From Azolla caroliniana (taxonomy: Eukaryota; Plantae; Polypodiophyta), in contig JBHGNT010000007.1 of assembly GCA_043228905.1 (NCBI GenBank), positions 620,001 to 684,000 on the forward strand: 64,000 nt of DNA, given 5' to 3'. Below, piece after piece: positions 52,344-64,000 of the stretch. Made by a program: the position numbers and the translations under genes. The first letter of the stretch is position 1; each line of letters starts with the position of its first letter. The notes below the pieces were generated by a model. It saw nothing but the letters and a program-made list of their open reading frames with translations, made no database searches and was not told the origin of the DNA.

Positions 52344-55300
52344 ACAGGAAGAAAACTCTCGGAGCAAAACATGTACGAATCGGTCCGGATGGGGCATCTA
52401 CGTACACGACCGTAACCGGAGGATTGAAGAAAGGATACCGACAAGTGGAGGATAAGTTGCGGTCGGCATCAATAATAAAAGAAGATGAAGAAATCGTGGG
52501 GATAGTCGAAGAAGTGTTCTATGGGAGCACGCTACAACAACTTGAAGAGCTTGCGGAAGATAAAAGCCAAGGGAACCGGGTAGTCCCGGTGGAATCGGTC
52601 GAGATGTACGAGATCATTGAGAAAATGGAGCCGGATATGCTCCGCAAAGAAGAAGCAATGGTAAGTACGAAATACAAGACCGTGGAGAAGAAGGTGAAAC
52701 CGGCCGCGGGACCACTACCCGCCGATAGCGAACAAAAGAGGAAAGAAGTCTCGGGAGATCCGACACTTCGGAAGTCCGTGATATCGGACATGCCTTCACG
52801 GATGAGACCCGGAAGAAACTTCGGATCGGTGGAGGTGGGTTCCTATTACAAAAAGAAGAAGAACGGTTTCGCGAGATGTTGGAGCAATACGGCAAAGCGT
52901 TTGCATTTACATCAAGGGAGATAGGGTGCGTCGATCCGAGAATAGTGGAGCCGATGGTGATCTTCACGATTGACCATGTACCGTGGAACCTGAAGCCGAT
53001 TCCGGTGCCACGAGCGCATATTCCGAAAGTCATTGACTTGCTCAAGGAGAAGGTGGCGATGGGGATTCTAGAGCCATCAACTACTCCGTACTCAAATCGA
53101 TGGTTTACGGTTCCGAAGAAGAATGGGTCACTCCGATTTATCCAAGACTTGCAACCGGTGAATAAGGTCACGATCCGGAACTCGGGAGTCGGTCTGATAG
53201 TGGACGAATTTGCGGAAGCTTTTGCCGGTCGTGCGATATACTCCATCGGAGACCTATACTCGGGGTATGACCAATTCCAACTAGCTATGGAGAGCCGAGA
53301 CATCACAACCATGCGAACACCGATAGGATTAGTCCGAATGTGCACACTACCACAAGGAGCGACAAACTCGGTTGCTCATATGATGAACGCGATGAACAAG
53401 GTGCTTCGAGACTGCATTCCGGAGATAACGATGCCGTTCCTCAATGACATTCCGATGAAAGGATGCGTGGTAGAAGAAAAAGATGAGACTATGGATGATC
53501 GGGGATGCCAAAAGTTCGTGGTCGACCATATTCATGATTGCGAGAAAGTGTTACGAAAGCTAGAAGATGTGCACCTAACACTTTCCGGGGAGAAATCGGC
53601 ATTTGGGCAAGAAGAAATATTGGTGGTCGGACATCTATGTGGGCCCTACGGCCGAAGACCGTCACCAACAAAGATCGATGCGATTCAAGCTATGGAGGAA
53701 GTATGCGAGTCAACATCCGAAGTCCGAAGGTTTCTCGGTGCATGTGCATTCTATCACATATGGATTCCGCACTATGCACATATAGCGGATCCGCTCTACC
53801 ACTTGTTGCGGAACGGTAAGAAATTCGAATGGAAACCGGAACACACCAAAGCCATGAAGAAATTGAAGAAGACACTTCGGAGGGCGGAAGCACTTAAGAA
53901 GCCAAGCTATGACCGACCGATCATAGTAACGGTTGATACAAGTCCAACCGGTATCGGGTGGGTCATCAATCAAGCCGACTCGGATGGTTCGCGGTATCCG
54001 ATCCGATTCGGAGCAAAGGTTCTCAACGAAGGGCAACGTGGATATGCGCAAGTCAAAAGAGAACTGTGGGGAGTCATGTCGGCGATAAAATCGGATCGAG
54101 ATTATTTGATCGGAGCCGAAGTGGTGATCGAGATGGATTGTCTTCCGATACTCGGGATGATGCGGTGTTGTACGATACCGGATGTAGCTATGCTAAGGTG
54201 GGTTGCATATGTCAAGTCGCTTAATCCGGAGGTTCGACACATCTCGGGGAAGGACAACGCGGTAGCGGATATGTTATCAAGGGCTCGGTTCGGAGACGAC
54301 ATAACCGAATCGGATAATGAAGAAGTTTCCGAAGACTACTTCACGTCGGAGCACATATGCCGAGTAAACGTAATCCGGGAATTCCGGGAAGAAGAATATG
54401 AGGGAGAAAGCTTGATGATCGGGAAGATGTTACAAGAGGCCGAGGATTCAACAAACGATAAAGGAAGAAGAGCCGAGATCCGAAGGAAGAAGAGACAAGT
54501 CCAAAAGTTCTTCTTGGAAAACGGATTAATATGGAGGGCGCCGAAAAGACCGGATGGTATACCACTTCGAGTAGTCGGGACAAAAGAGCAACGAAATCGG
54601 ATAATGTCCGAGTTTCACGAATCCGATTGGGCTGGACACCGAGGAACATGGGCAACATTTGTGAAGATCAAGCAAAAATATTGGTGGAAGAAAATGTACA
54701 AAGATGTCGCGGAGTTCACGGAAAGCTGCGAGAAATGTCAAGTCTACTCCGGGGTTCGACATCGAGATGAGTTACATCCGACATTCTCACCGACAATCAA
54801 CTTCAAGTGGATGGTTGACATAGTGGCCATGCCGACCAGGATCGGACAAAAGAAATACTTGGTATTAGCTCGGGAAGATCTCACGAATCAAGTAGAAGGT
54901 CGAGCGCTTCAGAGGAAAACGTGTTCCGCGGTATGCCAATTTCTTTTGGAGGAAGTATTTTGTAGGTATGGGTGCGTAGGACAAGTGATTGCGGACCGGG
55001 GAGAACTCGACTCGGACAAAGCTAGGGGATTCTTCGCCAAACACGGAGTTCGGTTATCGCTGACAACGGCATACAATCCGGAGGCCAACGGGAAAATCGA
55101 ACGAGGACATAGTCCGATCGTGAAAGCACTTGCAAAGGCATGCGATGGAAAGGTGAAGGACTGGCCGCAGATGCTTCCGTATGCACACTATGGGTGGATC
55201 GGACGACGCATAGCTCCATAACCGGTTACATGCCGACAGAACTCATGACCGGACAAGCACCGGTAATGCCGACGGAAACCGCGATCGCAACATGGACAGT

Positions 55301-55879
55301 GCTACCGTGGAAGGAAGAGATGAGCCGGGAAGAACTACTAGCGGTCCGTATACGACAACTAGAGGGGAGACCGGCAGACATAGCGGAAGCAATACGCCGG
55401 CAACAAGAAGCACGATTAAGGAACAAAAGCCGGTTCGACACAAAGCACCGACTACGACCGAGGAGGATTGAAGAAGGAGACTGGGTGATCGTCTATGACA
55501 GTAGTTTGGACCATCAACATACAACGATGCGGAAATTCGCGAAAAGGTGGTTCGGGCCATACGAGGTTCGGAAAGTTTTCGACAACGGAACGTACCGACT
55601 GTCCGAGTTGGATGGAACAATACTACGAGTGCCTATAGCCGGGAAGCGGGTGAAGATTTTCAAGAAGCGGACCGACGACAAACCCTATGTGATCCAAGCC
55701 AAGGCCGACAACGAGGAGCAATCGGACGAAGACCACGGTGATGCGGGAAGCGAAGAAAGTGAATTACAACTCATAGTCGACATAAGGGGAGAATCGGAGG
55801 AAGCTTTGGGTGAAGACGGATATGTGGAATCGAGAACTTCGGCATATACCGGAGGATGTGCGGGTTCGGAGGGGGCGAG
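52286..55879 (+). pseudogene. Gypsy pol (RT, RNase H, integrase), disrupted
   Basis: LRFIQDLQPVN, DLYSGYDQ, LPQG, PFLND (expected DD), VDTS, RELWG, HESDWAGH..CEKC, WMVD/IADRGE/IERGH; frameshifts near 52780 and 55188. Confidence 0.88.
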
Positions 55880-58288
55880 TGTCGTAGTGTATTCCACACA
55901 CTACGTGAAAACCATAAAATAATATATCCGATTTTAGATACATATAAATAGATAAATAATATATCAAAAGAATTTATCGCATGCATAGGGCAAGATTCGA
56001 ACCATGCACCTCCACATAGATAAACCCCAACTTTACCATTGTAATAACTTATCTTTAGTGTTATAAATATAGATTTAATACGTATAAGACCTTTATTTAC
56101 ACATACCTTTATTAAAAGGTAAAAATCATGTATTCTTTAGAGTGTGAATATTTTATTTACACGTGACATTAAAAGTGACTCATGCACATCTAGCGTGCGT
56201 GAGCCCTATATTTAGGAAATGACAAAGCATCACATGCACATTTAGTGTGCATGGACACTTTAGGTGAAAAAGCATGAAGCCATGCTTAGCCTCTTCCATC
56301 TTTATATAAAGAGGAGAGAAATATGTATATGGTTGTTGATTAATATACAAGGATTGATCAATCTAATATATTCGTGGGATTCACGAATTTTGCCATCTAA
56401 TTGCTCTTATAATCTAAATATTGTTTTAATTACACTAAACTCGTGGGATTCACGAGATTGCTATCTTACTTCTCTTTCCACTATTCATAACTAGCCTTAA
56501 GTTGTATTCCTCTTCCTCCTAGTCAAAAACCTCAGCGGTTCCCACCCGACTCACGCAACGATCCGGAGCCGAAGGGCATGACAACGTGAATCGAACTTGC
56601 ATTCCTTGGTCGATGATATGACTGACCGACACTAGGTTCTTCGTTATTGTCGAGACGTGCAACACGTTCATTAGCTTCCCTTTCTGCCTGACGTGGCTGA
56701 GGGGAACTTCGCCGACATGTTCGATGGTATGCGGAGTGTCGTCGCCGGTTTCGACCACTCGTGATTCCGGCTTCTCCAAGTACGAGAACCATTCCTTGTG
56801 ACTCATCATATGATTTGACACTCCGGAATCAACATACCACACCTTGCTTGATTTCGAGGTGTTCATGGCCATTGGGTTTGCCTTATGCTTCATTACGAAG
56901 GTTGGGCCCAATTTGTTTCCGGCTCGTTCAGAGCCTTCTGCGTAGTGCGATCTCTGATGCCTCTCTACGTCTCTTTGGCTCGATCCGGCTTTGTCCGAAT
57001 TGGCTCGCTTTTTCCAACACTCGCTCTCCTTGTGGCCTTTCTTGCCACAGTACCAGCAATCCGGCACAGTCTTCTCTTGCCGTCTTTTGGTGCCGCCATG
57101 ACTCCCCCTGCTTGCAGAGGGTTCGGAATTGCTTCCAGCAACTCGATTATGTCGTAGATTCTGCTCTTTTCGGCCACCTCCATTGCGTGCCGATCCGCCT
57201 CGTCCACCACGCCACGGGGCCTATCATCCTCCGTGTAAAGCATATTGCCATCGGCGTGCGCACTCGTCGACACACCCGCGTGGTTTTCTTCTACGAGCAA
57301 CATTGACTGAAGCTCGAAAAACGAAGGCATAATCTCCCTCGTGCCGACTGCCGTTCGGAAAGGTCCGAACTTTGACGCTAAGCCACCAAGACAAACCTGC
57401 CCCATTTCATCTTCCTCGACGTTCACGTTGAAGGTGGTGAGAGAGTCGCAGATTTCTTTGATCCTGGTGGTGTAATCAGCCATCGACATATTTCTCTGTC
57501 GTACATTGCTGAGCTCCTATTTGAGCTGCAACTTTCTGGCCATTGTGCTGGCGGCAAAAATCCTTTTTAGATTCGCCCACACATCCTTCGGGGTCTTGGC
57601 ATCTTGTAAGACATAACTCCAGTAGCCATGGCCGAGCAGGTACTGGTGCATCTTGTAAGACCAAGATGCGTAGTTGCTTCTGTCAAGCTTTTCAGTCGGA
57701 AGTGAGCTTCCCATTCCTATGTCCATAGTACTGTCTTTTTCTTCTCTGAAAGCGAACAACTTCAACTCTATTTCGTCACAAACCTTTCTTGTCGGCTGCA
57801 AAAGGACTTCAACCCTCGCGCTCTTATACCATGTAAAAGACTAAGTTGTGCGGAAGCGTGTGCGTAAACACAGAGTACACAGTTCAGAGGAATAAGACAG
57901 TTCGGTAAAACACAGAAAACGTAGAGATGGAGATGGAGAGACAGAGAGAGAGCAAACAACAGAAAACTTAGATTAAAAAAATGACACTCTGTTCTGTGTG
58001 TGTACATACTTCGTGCTCAGTGAGCACCTTATATACAAGCCTTGACAATCAGGCTGACACAAGTATTGACAGTACTTGATGCTCATAAATGAGCCACTAC
58101 ACTCACTCCCAAAATTATTCCTTACGAGGAATATCTCTCTAACGACCTTTTGGTTTACGCACCGATATGGCTAGGTTGTGCGTACTAACTTACGCGTCCA
58201 ATCTACGCACTGGGTTATGCGCCATATTACGCACCCAATGTTGAGCTTGTCACTCAACAATGCTGTTATCATTTTGCTGTAACTGTTG

Positions 58289-58326
<38 letters not shown>

Positions 58327-60262
58327 CAGAGCGATACTCTGTCGTAACCGCCACTGTGCGAAGAAACAGAGCTCGAGTTCGTTGCCTCCGAGTCTTTGAT
58401 TGTACCCCTCTTTTTTTTTCCTCTCTTCATAGTGATAGTTCGGAATCTGTGGGCTCCCGTGGTTTTTCCCTATTAGGGTTTTCCATGTGAACATCCTGTG
58501 TCATTTTTCTTGTGTACTCTCTACTTCCCATTTTTGTGTTTGATTCTTATAGAAGTGTTTTACTACTCGGCTGTGGCCGAGCGATATTCCGTGCTTTCTC
58601 AACAAACTGGTATCAGAGTGAACAACACAGGAAATGGAAGAATCTTACGGCGGCATGTTCAAGCTCACCGGCTCCAACTACTTAGTGTGGAAGTCAAAGA
58701 TGAGGGACATGTTGGTGGTTAAAGATCTTTGGTTGCTGGTTCAGTTCGGGGACAAGAGACTGGATAAGATCGACGCCACGGTGTGGGAGGTGATGCACAT
58801 GAAGATGACGGCATGCATCCAATGCTTCATCGACATGAGCCTGTACAACAACTTCAATGAAGAGAGCAAGGTTCATGAACTCTGGGAGAAGATTGGCATC
58901 ATGTTCCAGAACAAGAATGCTGTTAATCGGGTTTCAGTATTTCGGAAGCTAGTGAGGCTCCGGTACCAAGACGGCTCTAGTATGGCGGAGCACATGAATT
59001 CCTTCAAAGGGTTGATACACCAAGCAACCTCGTTGGAAGTACCTTTCGCCGATGAAGTAGTTGCTCTACTCCTGCTCGGTTCCCTCCTGGATAGCTGGGA
59101 GACATTAGTCGTCACGTTGGGCAACGCAGGGCTGGAAGGAAAACAACTATCCCTAGCAAGAGTCAAGTCGAGGTTGCTAGATGAGGAGGCGTGTCGGAAA
59201 GACAAGGAGTTGATCTCCGATGCCAAAGCCCTCCTTACGGAATCGGATTGCGGAAGACAAAGGAATCGGAGTCCCCAGAACCGGGAAAAGTCGGGGACAC
59301 GGTCAAAGTCAAGAGGGAGGCCCACTTGCTTCTATTGCGGCAAGCCGGGGCACTTCCAGAAGAACTGTCGGCATTTCCGAAAAGACAAGGGAACCGACAG
59401 TACCGATTCAAATAAGTCACCGGACTGAAACGGTTCAGATCGGCGAGGCCCGGACCGGAAGGGAATGACGGCGATCGCGGCAACTGAAGAAGAACTAATG
59501 CTCATCACCGAGGAGAGTGAGTTGAACCTTGCCGTCGATGAGACAACATGGGTTGTCGATTCCGTAGCTTCGTTCCACCTTACCCTGGACTGGAAATGCT
59601 TCTCATCCTACACAGTCGGTGAGCACGACTGTGTCCGGATGGGGAATGAAGGGGCATGCCGAATTATCGGCATAGGAGATGTGCTGTTAACGACATCAAC
59701 CGGATGCAAGTTGTTGTTGAAGGATGTCTGACACGTTCCGGAGGTTCGACTGAATCTGATATTAACCGGTTAGTTAGATGATGAAGGCTACACGGGTAGC
59801 ATCCGGAACGGTGTCATGAAGTTCTACAAAGGGAGCTGATGAGATGGAATGTACCACTAGAGCTGGTGCATACCGATGTGTGTCAAGTGGACACGAAGTC
59901 ACATGCTGGATCGCAGTACTTTGTGATGTTCATAGATGACCACAGCCGGAAGCTGTGGGCCTCACCGTTGAAGATGAAGGATCAGTGCTAACCATCTTGC
60001 GAGAGTGGTAAGAGAAACCGGCCGGAAGCTGAAGGCGGTTCGAGCGGACAATGGAGGAGAATACTGGGGGTAGTTCGAGGAGTACTGCCGGTTGATGGGA
60101 ATACGACTCGAATTCACCGTGTTTAAGACACCAGAACTAAATGGACTGGCCAAAAGGATGAACCAGACCATAATGGAGAGAGTCCGGAGCATGCTCGCAT
60201 ATGCCAAGTTACCCAAGACGTTTTGGGTTGAGGCGCCGATGACGGCGACTTATGTGATAAAC

Positions 60263-62317
60263 TGTTGAGAGACAAGCTCAACATTCGTGCGTAATACGAT
60301 GCGTAACCCAGTGCATAGACTGGGTGCGTAAATCGGTACACACAACTTGGCTGTATCGGTGCGTAAACCGAAAGACCGTTAGAGAGATATTCCTCATAAG
60401 GAATAATTTTGGGAGTGAGTGTCGGGGCTCATTTATGAGCAGTCAAGTACTGTCAGTACTTGTGTCAGCCCTATTGTCAGGGCTTGTATAAAAGGTGCTC
60501 GCTGAGCACGATGTATGTACAGATTGAGTATTATTTTGAATTTAGTTTTCTGTGTGTTCTCTCTCTCTGTCTCTCCCGCGTACTGTGTATATTCAAGCTC
60601 TCCATTAAACCTGCACATTTTCTGAGTTCGGTTTTCTATTGCTTCCGCACGCTATTCTTTACATCGTATAAGAGCGTGAGGGTTGAGAACCTCTGCAGTC
60701 GACATAGCTTGAAAGGAAAACCAACCAAGAAGAACAGGTAAGATGGATGGATAGAGGCATGGCTAGCTCGCTTCCGACAGAGAAGCTCGACAAAAACAAC
60801 TACGCGTCTTGGTCCTACAAGATGCACCAGTACCTGCTCGGGCACGATTACTGGAGCTATGTTGACGGAGCAAATGACACAACACCCGATTCGACACACA
60901 AAGATTTCTCGGCTTGGGAATAGTCGGCGAGTAGAGTACTGTACTGCTTCGCATCTTGTGTAGGTGAACAACTCTTAAGCTACATTCGGGATGCAAAAAC
61001 GCCGAAAGATGCTTGGGGAAATTTGAAGAAGATTTTCGCCGCAAGCACCACAACCAGGAAGCTTCAACTTCGACAGGAGCTGAGCAATTTACGACAACGC
61101 GACTTGTTGGTGGCTGATTACACCTCAAAGATCAAAGATATATGCGACTCCTTAGCGTCCATCGATGTGAACGTCGAGGAAGGCGAGATGGTGTAGATCT
61201 ATCTCGAGGGAGTGGCGTCGAAGTTCGGAGCGTTCCGAATTGCTGTGTGTACACGGGAGAATACGCCGTTGTTTTTTGACTTACAGTCGATGCTCCTTAT
61301 AGAGAACCACACGGGTGCGTCGACGAGCACGCATGCCGACAACAAGATGCTGTACGCAGAGGGAGATAGGCTCCGTGGTCGTGCTGGACGAGGTGAGTCG
61401 GTGTGCAATGGAGGTGGCCGACGGGATCAAGGAAGAAGGCACCGAAGTGATGCTGACAGCAATTTCGGACCCTCCGAAAATAGGGGGAGTCGGGGCGACG
61501 AGAATCGGGAAGGGAAATCCTCCGCGGAATGCTGGTACTGTGGCAAGAAAGGCCACAGGGAGAGCGAGTGCTGGAAAAAGCGCATCGATTCGGAGAGAAC
61601 CGGGTTCAGATCAGGTTCCGAAAAAACTGACAAAGGAAATCGTCAGCGATCGCACTACGCTGAAGGATCCGGAAAAGGGTCAGCCTTCGTGACAAGACAC
61701 GAAGCGAACTCGATGAAGATGTTCACTTCGAAATTGGACGAAGTGTGGTACATCAACTCCGGTGTGTCAAACCACATGACATGCCACAAGGAATGGTTCT
61801 CATACCTTGAGAAACCGATGCAACTAGGAGTACTCGCAACTGGAGACGACACTCCGCATCCGATTGCGAATGTCGGTGAAGTTCCCCTGAGCCATGTCGG
61901 TCAGAAAGGGAAACTCATGAACGTGCTACACGTCCCGACAATCACGAAGAATCTGGTGTCGGTCAGGCAGATCGTCGACCAAGGGATGCAAGTCAAGTTC
62001 ACGCATCTCGGGTGCTTCATCGAGGAAGAAGGCCGAGTTATTGCACAAGGGCGCAGAGATGGGAGGATGTTTATCCTCAACTCTAGTGATGGTGGCACCG
62101 CAATGTTCACAAAAGGACAAAAAGTCCAGTCGGATATCGACTTATGGCACAAGCGGATAGGCCATGTCAACTATCAACGACTTCAGGACTTGCGATCGAA
62201 ACAAGTGGTGTTCGGATTGCCCAAATTTAGTGGCCAAAAGGCAAGAATTTGTGAAGCTTGCTAGCTAGGGAAGCAACATCGACTTCCTTTCCCTAACGAG
62301 TGTAACCGGAGCCGGAA
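60263..62317 (+). mobile_element. Copia element E (B family): 5' LTR 60263-60663, PBS 60664-60675, decayed gag-protease-integrase start; interrupted by F
   Basis: LTR resembles the reverse complement of B's LTR; TCGTATAAGAGC PBS; CWYCGKKGHRESEC, WYINSG, LWHKRIGH...CEAC; inserted in D's integrase. Confidence 0.9.
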
Positions 62318-64000
62318 TGTAGAAACAAATAGCGTGCAGAAGCAATAGAAAACATGAAGCAAAAAACAGGTTTAATGGAGAGCTTAACAATATGCGGGAG
62401 AGACAAAGACAGAGAGAGAGCACACAGAAACTCAATTCAAAAAATACTACTCTGTCTGTACATCGTATGTGTTTAGTGAACAATTTTATACAAGTCCATC
62501 CGGACTGACAGAAGTACGGTGTACTTCAATGCTCACACGAGCGTCTGACACTAACTACGAGATATTAACTCCCTAGTAGATTAGCTGCTACTTGGCTTCC
62601 GGTTACTGCTTGATCCAACTAACCGGCTCCCCACCTCACCGGCTCACTTGCTCACCGGCTCACCCTTCTAGATGCCGATCCGGCTCAGGCTTATTCAGCC
62701 GACCGGATCCGGTTGAGCTTGCCGCTCAACACTCCCCCTCAGTCTCTTTGACAACTGGTCCTTCCACCTGGCTCCTTCTGGTGTCACTCCGCCTCGCTCG
62801 AGCTCCTCGTCCGGTTCGGTCCTGTTTGCCGCGACCCTTCTGTTCTTGCGCACCTCGACTTCCTTGGTTGGCTTGTCTGCTCAATGGGCCCAATTCAGCT
62901 CCCTCGCTATTGTGACTTTGGCTTTTGCCGATTCACCGATCCCTTCGTGTTGGTGTCGACTTTTGCTGCCTTCTTGTCCTCTTGGCCTTGAATTGATCCG
63001 GTTCTTCCGAATCCTTCTGTAGAACTGAATCGGCTGTCTCCGATTCATTCCAGCTCTTGTCCGAATTGGTTGCTCCCGATTCGTCTTTTGGTTCCAGGCC
63101 CTTCACCACATCGAACCATGTCCGGGTCTTGGCCTTCTTCTTCTGGTCAGCTCTGTCCTTCTTGACTCTGCCTCCGCTGCCGCTTGTTCCGACTTGTTCG
63201 GATGTGTCAACTTCCTTTGTCGACTCGGTTCCTTTCTTCTTTCTGTCTCTCCCCTTGTCAATTCTTCCCCCACCGGCGCAATCGACAGTCTCTTTGCCTT
63301 TGCCCGTTCCGGTGGTGTCTTTGCCTATTCTCCCCCTCAAGTGTGGCACGTTGAGATGCTAAACACCAAGCATTTTGGTGAAGTGCTGCAACTTGTCCGA
63401 TCCGAGCGGTTTGGTGAAGACGTTGGCAACCTGCCGATCCGTATGAACATACCGAAGTTCGACTTCACCGCTCAGGACACACTCACGCACAAAGTGATAG
63501 TGCACTTCGATGTGCTTTGTGCGAGCATGGAATACAGGGTTCTTGGCGAGCTGCATGCTGCTTATGTTGTCGCAGTATATCAAGATCGGGGTCGGCACCT
63601 CGATCCATAGGTCTTGCAACAGTCGCCGAAGCCAAATGGCTTCACAGGTGGCATTGGTAGTGCCCCGGTATTTAGGCTTAGTGCTCGACAGAGCCACTAT
63701 TAGCTGCTTTTTGCTGCTCCATGCAATAGCCGCACTACCAAGGGAAAACATATAACCGGAAGTGGAACGACGATCTGATGCATCACCGGCCCAGTCAGCA
63801 TCCGTGTAGCTGACTAGCTCTTCGGTCATACCTCGCCGGTAAAACAGTCCCCGGTCCTTCGTGCTGCTCACATACCGCAGTATTCGGTGCGCGCATTGAA
63901 GATGCTCGACGATAAGCTTCTGCATGAATTGACTAATCACACCGACTGGATAGCTGATGTCAGGTTGGGTGATGGTCAAATATATAAGGCTTCTGACAAT
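62318..64000 (-). mobile_element. Copia element F (related to B): 3' LTR 62318-62731, PPT, Pol tail, RNase H/RT; continues beyond window
   Basis: TG...CA LTR then ctccccctc; YTDADWAGD, WSSKKQ, CDNISSMQLAKNPVFHARTKHIEVHYHF, VFTKPL. Confidence 0.9.

Larger units (their letters stand above)
49503..56583 (+). mobile_element. Ty3/Gypsy element G: 704-bp LTRs 49503-50206 and 55880-56583, tRNA-Trp PBS, PPT 55868-55879
   Basis: LTRs TGTCGT...ACGACA differing at only about 7 positions by eye; domain order PR-RT-RH-IN; no chromodomain visible. Confidence 0.96.
40267..58259 (-). mobile_element. Copia element B, full length but decayed: 5' LTR 57832-58259, 3' LTR 40267-40696; hosts elements C and G
   Basis: Paired ~430 bp LTRs, TSD gtgct/atgct, PBS TGGTATAAGAGC, PPT at ~40697-40710; Gag CWYCGKKGHKESEC, protease WYVDSG, integrase HSDVWGP...FIDD, RT YKARLVAKG/MDVKN, RNase H ADIFTKPL. 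Confidence 0.93.
40073..60262 (+). mobile_element. Copia element D (Tnt1-like, same family as C): split 5' LTR 40073-40266 + 58260-58604, PBS 58608-58618, decayed gag-pol 58634-60262; interrupted by B and E
   Basis: Both LTR halves resemble the reverse complement of C's LTR; TGGTATCAGAG PBS; Gag MEESYGGMFKLTGSNYLVWKSKM...CFYCGKPGHFQKNC, protease WVVDS, integrase fragments with stops and deletions. Confidence 0.88.

Noticed and set aside
52760-52800. Second programmed frameshift in Gypsy pol
   Set aside because: No slippery site; a single missing G (GTG-GAT-ATC) explains it, and likewise a CA duplication near 55188.
42100-55986. Numerous antisense and alternative-frame ORFs in the retroelements, including possible env-like genes
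   Set aside because: Shadow ORFs of GC-rich coding sequence with no motifs; no separate TM-containing ORF between pol and the 3' LTR.

Overview
Eukaryotic land-plant nuclear DNA, probably a non-angiosperm such as a fern or lycophyte (inference only). The left ~33 kb holds six intron-containing genes that can be spliced by eye: a phytepsin-type aspartic proteinase (-, runs off the left edge), TRAPPC2/TRS20 (+, with a U12 AT-AC intron), an uncharacterised plastid-type membrane protein (+), a DnaJ-type CxxCxGxG zinc-finger protein (-) head-to-head with an intact 11-exon SPO11-2 (+), and a MORN-repeat protein (-). A decayed LINE and many local tandem duplications lie between and within them. From 38,660 to the end is a nest of seven LTR retrotransposons up to four levels deep (six Ty1/Copia, one Ty3/Gypsy); LTRs are visible for all seven, and PBS, PPT and TSD wherever those ends fall inside the window. 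The most notable signals are (1) a Gypsy element with a tRNA-Trp PBS, an apparent 4-bp TSD and a G_GAU_UUU + pseudoknot -1 frameshift cassette placed after the protease, and (2) a Copia family whose Pol continues in frame past RNase H into a conserved charged tail lying between two polypurine tracts. All splicing, alignments and folding were done by eye; no database searches were run.
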